Positions 1 to 14,887 of a DNA stretch of 64,000 nt are shown here, piece after piece. Numbering within the stretch: position 1 is the first letter of the stretch; each line of letters starts with the position of its first letter. The DNA lies in contig OX597815.1 in the NCBI GenBank assembly GCA_951406725.2, forward strand, positions 114,824,001 through 114,888,000, given 5' to 3'. A model generated the notes under the pieces. The model worked only from the letters and a program-made list of their open reading frames with translations, was not told where the DNA came from and made no database searches. The position numbers and the translations under genes were made by a program. This DNA is from Octopus vulgaris (Eukaryota).

Positions 1-490
1 TCTTCAGGGTCAGAAGTTACTTCATCTCCCAACAATTATTGACAATATACAATGCTCAGGTGAAGCCTGCAATGGAATATTGTTCTCACATTTGCAACAA
101 TGCTGCTGCTGCACACATAGGCATCCTAAACCACACCCAGAAAAGGGTCACCTTATTTATTAGCATGAAGTCACTTACAGATATACTCTAGACTCCAGCC
201 CACAGCTAAGTTGTCTCCTCCATCTTCCTTTTCCACTGATACTATAATAGCCTTTGTTCTGTGCAGCTGGCTTGACTCGTGCCACCTCCACTCAGGCCCA
301 ACCATTCTGCTCTCCTTCCTCATCATCCTTGTTGTGTCAACCATAATCCTAAAACTGCACTAATCACTACACTCAGTCCTATCTTTCCAGAACATCAGCT
401 CTATTAAATTCCTTCTCTGCTCATATTTTCCCCAAGTGTTGTCTAACAAAACTTCAAGAGGAACAGTAATAGCACCAATCTCACCAGTGT
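1..490 (+). mobile_element. Decayed Jockey/CR1-like LINE, 3' end
   Basis: Reads LTIYNAQVKPAMEYCSHI, the post-RT 'YKAQVRPxMEYCSHIW' block, with stops downstream. Confidence 0.7.
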
Positions 491-792
491 AGAAAGGACC
501 CAACAAGTTTTAAAAGATCTCAACCAACCAGCATCACTCTACTAAAACAAATGAATAAATGAAAGGATGAATGCATGTTTGGCTGTACTGGTTCCACATA
601 AAAAGCACCTAGTCCATTCTGTAAAGAAGTTGGCATTAGGAAGGGCATCCTGCCATAAAAACCATGTCAAAACAGACATTGAGGTTTAGTGTAGTCCTCT
701 GGCTTGCCAGCTCCTAGCAAATCATCCAATCTATGCCAGTATGAAAGACAGATGAAGATGATATGTAGCATGCACATATATGTATGCATCAT

Positions 793-929
<137 letters not shown>

Positions 930-1619
930 AATGCAAGTATGAATGTGTTCTTCAGTACTCAGATTTAATCAATAGATTAAAATGACTTATGTTTATATTA
1001 CCCTGTATTTCACAACTTTCTATCAGTTTTGCAGTGTTACAAGCCATGACATGCTATTTCTAACAATGTCAAAATATCAGGGACACCATAAAATAAACAA
1101 GCATTAAATTGTTAACAAGATAACTAGCCATATATCAAACCATACCTACTTTGAGCCTAGCTTGTAATTTCTTTTAACATCACTCAAACAAACCACAACT
1201 TTGTTTTAAAAAAGAATGTGAAAAAGGTAAAAACAATAAATGTTATACTGTAAAATAATAATTCTTGTACTTATTTGTTCGTAGTCCCTTTAACAAAGTT
1301 AGAGCTGATCAAATCCCCTAGAGGTGGGATTAGGATTTGACAAATACAAACAGTGATAATATTTTAATAACTGAGACAAATAAAATGGACAGATTAAACT
1401 GGATCACAAAAATAATTTATAAAACCTTTGAGACTTGCCATAAATACCACATAATTTAGTGTATAAGACAATATTTCAAACTACCAAAATATTGCCAAAA
1501 TAATAAGCTAATTTATATACAGAGTATGTAATTTGAATCGTTACTGCTCAATCACTATCACCACCACTTGATGAGTCATAATTGTATAATACATGTATAA
1601 TCTGGACATGTGTAAGAAC

Positions 1620-4388
1620 CTTCAGCTTGCAGGTAAATGTTTGTGCAAACCTTTTCAGATGATGAAAGCTAACTCTCAGTTATTCACACAATCTCCTTGT
1701 CAATCCCACAACTTTAGAGTAGCCACAATGAATAGCAGGCTGGATAAACCTGTTGAAATATTAAAATGGAGTCATGTAATCATGTGTTACATTCAAAAGG
1801 AACAACAGAGAGGAGTCTCAGCTAGGTTTCTCACAGACAAAGAATAAAGATATAAATTCTTCTTAGTAAGCAATAATAATGGTGTGAGGAGTGGGCAAAC
1901 TTCTGGCAGAGAAATGGGTAAATAAAGTCATCAAAGTAATCAGAGAATGCAATAGGATAATGAAGCTTAGACCAGTCTTGGAAAATATACTAGCAACATT
2001 TTTCTCTGCATGTGCTTCTCAGTCAGAACTGGTAGATGAACAAAAGAACACATTTTGCAGAATCCTTGGAAGTGAATGACAATAGCATTGTTATTTTTTT
2101 TGTTTTTTATTATGATTGGTGATTTTAACAAGCATGTTGGACAGCACTCTACTGGATTCCATGGTAAATATGTAGACTATAGCTTTGATTCTGAAAATGA
2201 GGAGGAAACAAAGCTGTTGAAGTAACACAAATGGCCTGACAATCTGCAACACTAACTTTAGGAAACCAGTCAGTCACCTGATCACCTTTCAATCCATCAG
2301 ACACACAAGCCAGATTGACTACATTCTCTCTAGAAAACAAGATATATGGTTGTAAATGTAAAGTCCTTCCCTGATAAAGAATGCACAAATCAACATAAGT
2401 GAGTAGTTAGTGACTTCAGACTTAGAGCTGGAAGGATTCAGAGACACAAACAAATCTGGAAAAGGAAGATGTGGAAGTTTAAAGATCTATTGAACAATCA
2501 GAAATTTTTAAAAGTATTAGTTGAAACATTTGTCAAGAAGGAGCAGAGATAGAGATGGGACAACTGACTGAGGGCTACAGACCAGATCTGTGACTGATGC
2601 AAAATTTCAACCAGAACAAGGGTGATGAGGTGGTAAAACAGTGAGATAGACAAAGCGATAAAAGCAAACAAACATGCTTTGAAAGACTGAAAGAATGGAG
2701 TTAGTAGAGAATTATAATAGGTCGCTAACGAGCTAGGTGACAGGTTTATATAGCAAAGGTAGAAACAGAAAGTAAGTGGTCTGCAAATGTTCCACAGCAT
2801 GAAAACCAGAAACATGACACATTCCAGACTGTAAAGCAATGTATCAGAGAAAATTGAGACATTGTAGTTGAGAGGTGTATACAAATAGATAATGGCATAC
2901 TTGTACTCAGTGATCCTGAAGAGAAAGAAGAATGAAAGTGCTCCAACAAAAAGGCAATTAAATGTGGAAAATGCATGGGAGAAAGATCTTCCCAATATGG
3001 ACCTAACAAAGAGTTCAAGCGTTCTAGTTGACAGCAGCATGACAAATAAAGCAGTTAAGGATTAAAATATCTGGTGGAATAAGATATAGCATAGTCACTC
3101 ATATAGTTAATCAGGTTGTAGAGGAAGATGTCATATCCATGAGTGATGTAGCTGTATCATAACTGCTATAAGGGTAAAGGATTTGTCCTAAAGAGGAAAT
3201 TACAGAAGTATCACATTGATGTACCAGGTCAAGAAAGTTATGGTAAAATTGCAGCCTGATTAATTACAGAGTTAGACTAGATGAGAAACAGTTTGGTTTG
3301 GTTTAGTTTGGTGCCAAGGAAAAGTACTATGGATGCTCTCTTCCTGGTGAAGCCCCTACAAAACTATTTAGCTAAAAGTAAGCGACTATATTTAGCATTT
3401 GTTAACCTGGAGTAAGCCTTCTAAAGTGGTCACTGGGGAAGCTAGGGACAGACAAATGGCAGTGAGAGCCATATAAACCATGCATGGAGGTGCTGTCAAT
3501 ATTGTGAAATTTAGTAAGTACTAGACAAATTTAGTGTGCAGGTACAATTTCATGAGGGCTTCATTCTCAGTCCTTTTCTATTTACCATAGTCCCCACCAT
3601 ATTCATCACAGGAGCTTAAGATTGGTTACCTATGGGAAATGCCAAATGTTGATGACTTTGTTCTTATAGCTGACTCTGTAGTAGAACTAGACAAGAGAAA
3701 TTCCTGGTGTGGAAACAAAGCTTGGAATCAAAGGGCCTCAAAGTTAACTTAGCAAAGACCAAAGTTTTAATAAGTAGGAAAACAGACAGAACTTCCATCA
3801 AGGAAATGGCTTGCTCAAAGGTAGAAGTTCCATATGGTGTATCAAATGCAAACTATGGACACACAAGAGGTGCAGAGGCACCACAGGCAGGTTAACAGAG
3901 AATGTAGAATTTGTATGTGGCAAATGTGCAGGAGCACTAAGCACTAAGAACACACAGGAAACAGACTTTCTCAAATCTGCGGGAATATCCTTACATGTAA
4001 GAGATAGCTTCTTTTACCTAAGTAACTTAATTAATAGTGGAAGAGGATGTTCTGAAAGTGTAGTTGCTAGAAAAAGGATAACATGGAGAAAGTTCAACAA
4101 GCTATTACTTAAACTGGTAATAAAAGATTTCTCTCTTGGAGTGAAAGATAGATTGCATGATGCTTATATAGAAATAGCAATGCTACATGATTGTGAGATA
4201 TAGACCCTGAATGCAGAGGACTTGAGAAGACTAGAAAGGAATGAAGCTAGCATGCTCCATTGGATGTGCAATATCTGAGTGCATGAACAACAAAGAACAA
4301 ATGAGCTGAGAGAGAAAATTGGGTATAAGTGGAATCAAATGTAATGTGCAAGGGATATATATGTGATGTGTATGGATAAGGACAGCTA

Positions 4389-4474
<86 letters not shown>

Positions 4475-5730
4475 TGTATGTGTGTGCGTGTGTGTGTGTG
4501 ATGTGTGTGGATAAGGGTAGCTGTATATAAAAGTGCTGACAGCTTAATATGGGTAGAGTTTGTGGAAGAGAGAGAACAAGAAAGACACAGGGTAAAGTAG
4601 TGAAGTCTGATCTCTGAACTTTAAACATCACAGATAAGATAACAAAAAAAAAAAAAAACAGAGTGATTAGTGATATGTGGTGCTCAAAATAAATTACACA
4701 TCTTGGCAAAACTGTAGCATAATGTGTATATGCAAAACTGGGTTCCTTGCCCAGTTTTCTCCTCAAGCCTTCTCCCTATCATCTCTTTGTTATTGATCCT
4801 TTCATCATTTGCCTAACTGCTATATTCTGCTGCATAGTTCAGTAAGAGCAGAAATACATTGTGATATCAGTTTTCTTTCTCAATATCAGTTTTCTTTCTC
4901 ACTACCAGGAACCACTTCATTCAACATCCTACCATTGTCCCTCTCCACTCCCATTTTATACGGATCTTTCTGGGCTACCAAATTATCTCTTCTTTGAACC
5001 ACTCTCTGTCGACTTACCCTATCACCATACATTTCCCACTTTACCCACACACTACATTTGTCTCTCCCTCAAACTCTAAAAGCCTACCCACCAACACATT
5101 ATCTCTCTTTCCCTCATCCTTTTCCTGTCTACTGCATTCTTACTATTCTGTTACTCTTCACCCCTTTCTGTCCAACCAGTCATCACCTGTTCTTCTCTAC
5201 CTTCCTCTAACTCATATATATATATATATATCATCAACTACCCTTCCGCCTTTGTTCATCATTTATTATAATCACCACCTGCTTCTACCTCATCTCTAAC
5301 CATCTTTCACCTCAAAGGTTCACTCCAACACCTTGTACACACCATCTTTATTTCTCTTTTTTGTTTCACCTTGATTACTCACACCCATTCTTGTATAATG
5401 AGAGTAGCCAAGAATCTCCTCTACAACAAAAAGTTTGCTCCAGTCCTTTCTTTCATACTTTAACATCACCTAGCATAAATCCACCTCCCTCTCTACCAAA
5501 TCCCACCCAGTCGAAGGGGATGTTAGTCTTGTGAGCTACATAGTAGCATTGGTACCAGAAAAAAAAGGCTAAATATATTCTGTAAAGTTTTCGGCATTAA
5601 AAGCAATAGTCATAGAAACCATGTCAAAGCAGACATTGGAGCACATGTTTCTACATCATAATGGATTCTGTTGAACCAGCCAACCTATGCCAGCAAGGAA
5701 GACAGATGGTAAAAGATGGGGATGATAATT
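1620..5730 (+). mobile_element. Old, near full-length RTE-clade LINE (endonuclease, RT, Cys/His motif, long 3' UTR)
   Basis: Fragmented ORFs GVGKLLAEKWVNKVI (APE), WKQSLESKGLKVNLAKTKVL, CIKCKLWTHKRC; homologous to 19279-20228; (TG)n at 4390-4500, pyrimidine-rich UTR and GAT-type tail near 5730. Confidence 0.85.
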
Positions 5731-7149
5731 TGAATGTATAAATTTGGTAAAGAAAAAACATTTGTCAACTGATTATATAGTTGCAATGGTAACAATAACT
5801 CGTAACATATATGTGCTTGTCCAAGAGAAAACTTATTAAGTGAGCGTGAGAATTACAATACATGAAACTGATAACTGAGAAAATCATAATAAATAAATTC
5901 ATATGTAATTTTCCTTGTACATTAACTGCCAACTATATATCATCAGTTGATTTATTCTGAATATTAACTGATATATTAACAAAGAAGGTAGTAATATACA
6001 AATGTAATGTAAATATATATTAACAGCTTGACAGAGAACAGTTGTGGTTTTAACCACTCTGAAGCTGAGTGAAACTGAATTAGGTCAAAATTATAATCAT
6101 TCATTTGTTAAATTTGCATGTTCTTTACAGAAGTTATAACTCCATAATTGTTGCAGAGCAAAGCATGAAAAATGTTCTTAGTCAAAAATGTTCTTTCATT
6201 GATTTCAGTCATTAGGTTGTGGTCATGTTGTAGCCTGGCCTTCAAGAAGTTATTTGATCATACAGTTTGCTACTTATTTTAACTGTTGCATTAGGAGATA
6301 TAAGAGGATATCACAGAAACAGTACTGGTTTGAGACCATTGTAAAGATAAACACACACATGCATACATACATGCATACACATTAGACATAGGTTAGATAT
6401 GCACGTGCATGCAAGTGTGTGAGTGTGTGTGCGTCTGTGTGTATGTGCAAAACCAATGCCAGAATGGAAAAAATGGACGTAAAAATGATGATAATCATCA
6501 TCATCAACATCATTTTACACCCACTTCACAAGCTAATATTGGTTGGACAAGTTATCCCAGCCTTATGCATTGTTACTGTCCATCTAGATAGGTCAAGAGA
6601 CCACACCTTACACATACATTCTATTTTTGGCATAGTTTCTTCAGCTGGCTACCCATCCTAACATCAGTCACTATAGAGAGTGTACTATGTGAATATTATA
6701 ATGGCACCAGCACTAGAGATGCTGCCATGTTCTCAAAAAGACAAGCCTCAATGATCTGCTTGACCGTACATTGTTTTTACTCATTCACCAACTACTTAAC
6801 ACCAACCAACACCTCCCTTGTACTCTACAAGATAAAAGAGTTCTTACTCTTTTATATTGTCTCCATTCAACTAGGGAAATGTAACCAAGAGAGTGAATAG
6901 AAGAGAAGGTATTTGCAGGAGATGATCTGGAGAGAGAGAGAGAAAGAAGTGAGAATATGGTGGGAGAAAACAAAGTGATTAGGGTAACAGTGTGGTAGAG
7001 GAGGGAAATTTAGGTGAGACAGAGCTAGAAGGTAAAAAGAGAGTGTGAGAGAGAGAGAGAGAAATGGCAAAGTGTAATAAGAGAGAAACAGTAATTACAA
7101 AGAAACACTCTTACAGCTATATATTCTATATAAGAGAATGAATGATGAA

Positions 7150-7440
7150 CATCATCATCATCAAAGTTTGTTTACCATAGGTTGGACAGTTTGACAGGAA
7201 CTGACAAGGCCAGGAAGCGCACCAAATTCCATTGTCTGTCTTGGCAGTTTCTATAGCTGGATGCCCTTCCTAATGCCAACCACTATACAGATTGTACTGG
7301 GTGCTTTTTATGTGGCACCAGCACCAGTGCTTTTTACATGGCACCAGCACTAGTGCTTTTTTATGTAGTACCATCACCAGTGCTTTTTACATGGTGCTTT
7401 TTACATGGTACCATCACCAGTGTTTCTTTATGTGGTGCAG
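7150..7440 (-). mobile_element. RTE-type 3' tail/SINE with ~21-bp internal tandem repeat
   Basis: (CAT)n tail, ggatgcccttcctaatgccaaccact, then repeated gtgctttttaYRtggcaccagcacca units. Confidence 0.75.
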
Positions 7441-7796
7441 AAATGGTTGGTGGCAATAGAGTGTGATTGATATTGATAACAATAACCTGCAGATGGTGAG
7501 CTAATAAGAGAGAGAATGAGTAATAAATAGTCAAGACAATGACGGCAAGAGAATGACGAATGTCAATAAACAAAGTGAGATGAAGGAAAGGAATTGATTT
7601 AATGCAATCCTTCATAACTCAAGCATTGTGATAGAAGAGAGAGAGGAGAAGAAAGATATAGATAAGTGGTAGGTGAATATTGAGCATGGACAGATCTAAA
7701 ATTTCCTCTCATTCCCTGAGTAAGTACAAACTAGAAGACAGTACAATAGACAGACAATAATATATTAAATAGACAAGAGTGGCATATGTATATATC

Positions 7797-8175
7797 ATCA
7801 TTATCATTCAATGTTCGCTTCCCATGCTGGCATGGGTTGAATGGTTTGACTGAGGGCTGGCAAGCCAGGAGGCTGTACCAGGCTCCAATCTGATCTGGCA
7901 AAGTTTCTACAGCTGGATGCCCTTCCTAATGCCAACCACTCCGAGAGTGTAGTGGGTGCCTTTTATGTGCCACCAGCACGAGGGCTAGTCAAGCAGTACT
8001 GGCATCGACCACGCTGGAATGGTGCTTTTTACATGCTACTGGCATGGGAGCCAGTCAGGCGGGATTAGCAATGACCACGCTTGAATGGTGCTTTTTATGT
8101 GCCACCAGCACTGGAATTGGCCACACTTAAATGGTGCTTTTTACGTACCACCGACATGGGTGCCAGTCAGGCGGC
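7797..8175 (-). mobile_element. RTE-type 3' tail/SINE
   Basis: Closely similar to 18770-19130. Confidence 0.85.
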
Positions 8176-8424
8176 ACACACACACGAACATAGAGAAGTT
8201 TTTGTTCTGTGAGTTACTTGGTGCCTTCACTTGTGTCAATGCCATGGGAAAAGCACCCAGTATACACTGTAAAGTGGTTGGCATTTGGAAGGGCAACCAG
8301 CCATAAAAATCATACTAAAGCAGACAGTGGAGTTTGGTGCAGTCCACTGGCTCACCTGTCAAACCATACTCATCCATACCAGTATGGAAAGTAGATATTA
8401 AATAATGATTATATATATATATAT

Positions 8425-8653
8425 CTTTTACTTGTTTCACTCATTTGACTGTGGCCATGCTGGAGAACTGCCTTTAGTCGAGCAAATTGACCCCAGGACT
8501 TATTCTTTGTAAGCCTAATACTTATTCTATTGGTCTCTTTTGCTGAACCACTAAATTACGGGGATGTAAACATACCAACACTGGTTGTCAAGTGATGTTG
8601 GGGGGACACAGACACAAACATATACACACACATACATACATACACACATACAT

Positions 8654-8690
<37 letters not shown>

Positions 8691-8852
8691 ACGGGCTTCT
8701 TTCAGTTTCCATCTATCAAATTCACTCACAAGGCTTTGGTTGGCCTGAGGCTATAGTAGAAGACACTTGCCCAAGGTGCTACGCAGTGGGACTGAACCCG
8801 GAACCATGTGGTTGGTAAGCAAGCTACTTACCACACAGCCACTTCTACGCCT
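8425..8852 (-). mobile_element. tRNA-derived SINE(s) with internal CA/TA microsatellite
   Basis: Reverse strand begins ggcgtagaagtggctgtgtggtaagtagc...ggttcagtccc (A/B-box-like); related copies near 30770-30880 (-) and 33148-33300 (+). Confidence 0.8.
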
Positions 8853-9260
8853 TGTGTGAGTGTGTATACACACACACACACACACACACACACATAACTA
8901 GTTCAAATATATTTGAGAAATAAAAGCTTTTCACAGCAGTATGTCAAGTAAAAAAAAATTCACACACATAAACACAAATACACTCATATGTATGTGTATG
9001 TATATGTGTGTTTGTGTGTGTGTGTATATGTATATGTGTGTGTGTGTATGTATATATATATATATATATATATATACGAATACATAAATATGTTAGTTCT
9101 ATAGGTAGTTAGGGCACATCCCAGCTGTTTCCTTTTGAAGCACATATGTTTATTCCTTTATTACAACCAGTATGTATCTATGGTAACTGCTGTATGTTAG
9201 TCAAAATACATACTAAAATTGAGAATTTTGGAAATATTATTTGCAGACTTATTGTATAAC

Positions 9261-9798
9261 AAAACAGGATATTATTTATTCTCCATTTGGATGTTCCTCT
9301 AAAGGATATTCTTTTCCATCTAAAGATAATTATATAAAATTCTTCTGTCCGAAGATATTCTAATAGGAAATTCCTTACATGTCTATCTAACATGTAAATC
9401 TTTGTAATTCCTATTAGAAAATGAATTATGTTAGATAGACATGTAAAGAATTTGCTATAAGAAAATCTTTGGACAGAATCATTTTATATAGTCTGGTGTG
9501 GCCTCCCAGTTTGCCAGTTCTCAGTCAAACCATCCAATTCATGCCAGCATGGAAAGTGGATGTTAGATGGAAAAGAATTATCCTTTAGAGAAAAATCCAA
9601 ATGTATTTTTTCGATTTTAGAGGTTAACATTTGTAAGTGGTAAAAAGTATAAAAAGATATTCTTATTCCAACTAATGAAGAATACATAAAATTATTCTGA
9701 CGATTTTCTAATATGAAATTCTTTACATGTCTATCTAATATGTAAATCTTTGTAATTCTTATTTGCAAAAGAAACATGTGTAATGGAGAATAAATAAT
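9261..9798. repeat. Foldback-like direct-inverted-direct repeat structure
   Basis: ~110-bp unit at 9286-9415 (+), 9428-9600 (inverted, with retroposon-tail insert) and 9655-9765 (+); outer inverted repeats attatttattctccatt / aatggagaataaataat. Confidence 0.7.
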
Positions 9799-10860
9799 GC
9801 CAAAAATTTTCTACTTTCCTGTTTTATATATGTTAGTTGATGATTACAATTTACAGAAGTTTCATCTTTTGAAACATCAGATTGAAATGAAGAAGTATTT
9901 GTAAAATATTGCATATATGTTAGTTAGCAGTTAAGGGAAAATGGAAGTATGGGAGAAATATGTAAAGGGAACAGAGTAAAAGGCAAATTTAAAATCTTAA
10001 AAGAAAACGAGTGAACTGAAAGAAATCAATGGGCTAGCATGTGGTCTTCCTGTTATTAAAACTTTCACATTGGTGAAATATTTGAGCAGAGATCAATTGG
10101 AAGGGAAAATTCACTCATTGATTATTTTCTACTATTTTCTCAGATAAACGGTTTAAAATATTTGAGCATTTAAATTGTTTATGCACACAAGACACCAACA
10201 CTGAACGGTGATTAAGAAGGGGGGAAAATATTTCATAACATTCAAAAATACAAGGCATACATAGCCTATTGGAAAGGTTATTCTCCATTTGATGTCATAG
10301 TTTTACTTATTAGATTTCATATTCCAAATAAATGCAAACAAATTCATTTGTTCTGCTAAATTGATTATGAAAAGAATAAAAATGTTGATTTTTTTTTTAA
10401 GGTAGTAAGGGTTAATTTGGAGCAGATTTGGCTGCTATTTCTAGCATGTCATTGCTAACTGTCAAGAATAGGAGCCAGATCTTCTGTTAATGTCCCCTAG
10501 AATCCTATTAAGGATGTGATATATTTCTCTTTTAAGTAATGCCATGAAACCACGCCTAAACGAACATTAATCTCAAGGCAATAACTGGATGTTCTTGGTA
10601 ACAGCAAAGTCTGTTAAAGAGCTGCACAAACTGGAGGAATGGCCTACAATCAAAATTACCTAAAAAGTTAACATGATAGCAATGTTAATGTTATCAAGTC
10701 AACAAGTTAGCAAAACGGATACCGCATTAGCTGAGTTCAAATTCTGCAAAGGTCAGCTTTTCCAATTATTCCTCTTATGTCAATTCAATTGATTACATCC
10801 AAATGTACCACACCCTTCCCCAAAAAAGCCTGCATTATTTTACCAAGGTAAGAAATCAAT

Positions 10861-10906
<46 letters not shown>

Positions 10907-10907
<1 letters not shown>

Positions 10908-11147
10908 AGCAGTGAGTGGGCAGAATCATTAGCATGCAGAACAAAATGTTTAGCAGTAATGCATCTATCTCTACATTCTGGGTTCAAATTCCTCTGAGGT
11001 CAAAACTCTATCCTTCATCCTTTTCAGATCAATGAACTGAGTACCTGTTGAGTACTTGGGACAAAATGCAATTGACTAGCCCCCTTCCCCAAAATTTCAG
11101 GCCTTCTACCTAGACAGGATTATTATTATTATTATTATTAGTATTAT
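10907..11147 (+). mobile_element. tRNA-derived SINE with (ATT)n tail
   Basis: gggcagaatcattagc (A box), gggttcaaattcc (B box), aaatttcaggcctt, then (ATT)n; flanked by ATT runs on both sides. Confidence 0.85.
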
Positions 11148-11713
11148 CAAGGTGACATTCTTGCTGTTAAGGCAAAAACTTTAAGGTAATTAGTTTTATC
11201 CCTCCACAAACAGGACTACAGCCCTGTCAAAAACAATTTTACCTTTTATCTCTCTTGGGTCAATAAGACAAGTACCTGAACTACACTGATTCAATTCAAC
11301 TATGTAACCTTCTCATATAAAACTTGGCTGTTTGCCTAACTAAGAAACCAATGATGCTATTATTACTAATAAATCTGAAACTTAAAGCCTCTTGACGTTT
11401 CCACAGCTAGTAATATATCAAGTTGTTAAACATAAATACTGAGCAAACTAGAAAGTATATCTAAAACCATAGTATATTTCCCCAAAAAATTATGAATTCT
11501 TTGTTCCAACAATCACATTCTAAAATATTCATTTATTTTTCATGTGTATTAGTTCAAACAACATATTGAAGAGAGCCAATTAAGGAGATGATTGAGGAAT
11601 TTGTTTTTATTTCAAATGTGTAACAAGAGATATAAAGCTAACATTTACAACTCAGACATTCATGATGATCTAAAAGATTTTATAAATATTTTTCTGAAAA
11701 TGAATCCAAAATG

Positions 11714-11778
<65 letters not shown>

Positions 11779-12091
11779 GCTTCTTTAATAAGTATTCTTT
11801 AAAAATGTTAGATTACATGAATATTCTAACTGATTCAATATCAATTTATTATCTATGAAACTTAGTGCATATATATATTAAGTAAAGCTGAGAGTTTGCT
11901 AATGAAAAACCATGCTTCTAAAGGTGCATATATTCTCTCATGTACCATAATATTTAGGATAAATTACAATATTAATTTATATATTTCAAATGTTTAGAAA
12001 TTTTGTATAATTGATAGAACAGAATAAAGCAATTAATATACTGGACATATAGAGACAAGGAAGACACAAATTATATATATAGGATCTTTTC

Positions 12092-12142
<51 letters not shown>

Positions 12143-12169
12143 GAAGAGGAGACAGACAGAGAAAAATTA

Positions 12170-12650
12170 TGTCTTCAAGGTCGGATAGATTGTAGTATTC
12201 TAAATTAATATGGACTTGTTCAGACAAGTAAATGCCAGCTAAGAAATTCAAATTTAAATTGATGATGTTCTATGAGAATGAAAAGCTGTAAGTATTGCAC
12301 TTTACTTTTAAGGTTGAAAGAAATAGAGAATAATCAATAAATCTGTAGGGAGGAGGATGGCTGAGTATTGATATAAGACGAATTTGACACAATGTCTCAG
12401 GAACAAATGTTTTGGAGTGACTACATTATAATGAGGAACATGGTAGATAGGCAGCTGTAGACTAATTTCGTTTTGAAGGAGACAGATTAAAGTTTGTATC
12501 ATTAGCAACACGTTGACACTGTTTGACAGTTGTAACAAGACAAAAGATAAAAAGAAGAAAAAAGGTAATTTGGCCATGAGAAAGAACGGTGTATTTCAGA
12601 TTTGATGCCTAATTTCATTTATGTGCCAGAAAACCCACACAAACTCCTCT
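12170..12650 (+). mobile_element. Possible highly decayed piggyBac-like transposase remnant
   Basis: Fragments such as (Y/*)MPAKKFKFKLMMFYE and a Lys-rich/Cys-containing end loosely resemble piggyBac YMPAKPxKYGxK and the C-terminal Cys-rich domain; many stops. Confidence 0.25.
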
Positions 12651-14762
12651 CTTTCTCTCTCATCGTGTGTGTGAGAGAAGGAGAGAGAGGGAGAAAAAGA
12701 GAGAAGTATGTTTGGAGGAGTGTAACATATTTTTTCAAAAATTGACATTCTTGACTAAGTTTGATATTTGACTGATATTTTCTTTGTTTTTTTTGTTTTT
12801 GTTTTTAGTCGTCATTAAAATGATAAAATCAAGATAAAAGAGGACATCAGTTCGATATTTCGGAATAATAAGAGAGCTAAATACCATGAAACTGAAACAA
12901 TGGCCATTAGTATAATGGATAGCATTGATAATTCATATGCCAAAATGGTCTATTCATTAACTTTTAAACCTATACAAATGGGTGAGAGAAAAACAAGCAA
13001 AAAAAAAAACTATTTTTGGATCCTTAAAGATGAGTGATCCAAGATGTAAAAGAATGTCAGAAATTGTTAACTGGTCTATAAAAGGTTTTTGTGCCTTATA
13101 ATGCAACGCAAGAGAAGTTTGATTCAACAAGCACTAAACCCCATTGAGTGATAGGGCTCAGGGAGAAGTGGACAAGCATAAGTCTGTTGTTTGTTTATGG
13201 AGGATAATATACGGGTTTTTCCTTAATTAGTTCTGCTGCTGTATAAGGATGTCGCGTAACATGAAAATTGCCAGTAGTTATCAAAAGAAATGAAAAATTG
13301 AAATAATGCACGCAAGCTGACAATGCTAATCTTCGAAGAGTGAATGACCCCAGTGGAAAACAATGTTTAATAAAAGTGTGTGTGTGTGTTTTCAAAATAT
13401 CAGATGACATTGGAATAATTTCTTTCCCCAAATGTATCAACATTCTGTTTGAAATTGGACTATGCGAAAATGAGATATGACACTGTTCAGATAAACTTAC
13501 ATTGAATTACGGCAAATTGTTTTATATGAAATATCAAAATAAAATAAAAAAGAGAATACAAAATACAGAAAATGTTGAATGAATTCGAACAAATATTCAA
13601 TTACACAGGAAAAAAACAAATTTAAAGATATTGTCTATAAAACAATTCTTGTTTTTGATTCTGTAACAAGTTGGATCGTAACCATACGAATGTTTGGTTT
13701 AGATAACATGTAAAAGCTACATTTGAATATCAGAGAATTATCAACTACAAATCTTAACCCGTTTCTAATTACTGTGCACTGATAAGTTAGACTAAAGGCC
13801 TTTTGTCAAATTAACCCACGTACACTACGAATAGCTTATGTACACACCCATATATATTATATATATATATGTAAACACACACATATGCATACGGGCGCGC
13901 GAGTGTGTACGTGTGTTTGTGTTACACATAGATACATTATTGTAGTTTCAAAGAATTCTCTCTCCTATCAATGTAATGATGTCTCCTGCATCTGTGCATG
14001 TAATATATAAATATACAAAGACCTGCATGAATGCATTCATATCTATGTACAAAGTTCGATGCAAAAATTAAATATACTGTTCTTTTCTCATATCGCTTCT
14101 CTTCCCGAAAATCTATATATTATTAAATAATAGCAACTGTTGGCAATCTCTTCTCCTCGGGGGAATCAATAACAAAGCTACAATGTTGTGTCAACCACTG
14201 CATTCGTTGGCAGAACGAAGCCAACGTATAAAAAGTTTTAGAAATGTTGTCATTTTGGGTATTCGGGCACCATGGCCAAACAGCAGCCATTTCTACCCCT
14301 GTCTCGCCAATTGAACTTAATACACTGTCTCCCTCTCTCTCCTTCAGTGTCCCAGACTAAATTAGGCAAATGCTGCCTGTCGATCAACTTGTGTAAGAGG
14401 AGGACAAATTAGATCAATATATGAAACAGACGTGACACTAACTAGTTCTTCAGTTTAGTGAACTACCACATATTTTTTCAGAACATTAAGTTGCTGTTAT
14501 CAGAAACAAAATTCGACAAATATATTGTTGTTGTTATCGTTATTATTATTTATTATTACTCCAAGAGGCCATATTTTCCTTCGTTCCAAATCCAATTAAA
14601 TAAACAAACAAATTTGAAAAGGCTAAAAGCAAGCAACTAACCTAACAAACAAAACAAAAGTATTTACAAAATGCATTACCAAACTGACATACTGAACGAA
14701 TAAGGTTACGAAGGAGAAATGATAATTACAAAAAAATGTTAAGAAACATTTTACGTTCCTAC

Positions 14763-14816
14763 CTGTGGACCGCCCTCTAATGAGTCCTCCAAGTGTAACT
14801 TTGCAATTCCAGGCAT
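14763..14816 (-). CDS. APPL1: APPL1/2-like adaptor (DCC-interacting protein 13), coding exon 1; remainder not found in window
   Basis: Reverse strand reads ATG...CAG|gtagga = MPGIAKLHLEDSLEGGPQ, resembling the APPL1 N-terminus MPGIDKLPIEETLEDSPQ, with a phase-0 donor after 18 codons; CpG-richer flank. Only 18 aa support the call. Confidence 0.8.
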
Positions 14817-14887
14817 TTTAACAAATTGTCAACTATTTTGATTAAAATTGTAATAGTCCGGTGTGAGAAACTGGTGTTGATAGACGA

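Noticed and set aside
1265-1315. Candidate downstream APPL exon (LLKxYEQ-like on the minus strand)
   Set aside because: Needs a frameshift and lacks suitable splice sites; no APPL exon 2 was found in 1-14762.
2498-3045. Hydrophobic minus-strand ORFs resembling membrane proteins
   Set aside because: Antisense reading of an A-rich decayed RTE LINE.
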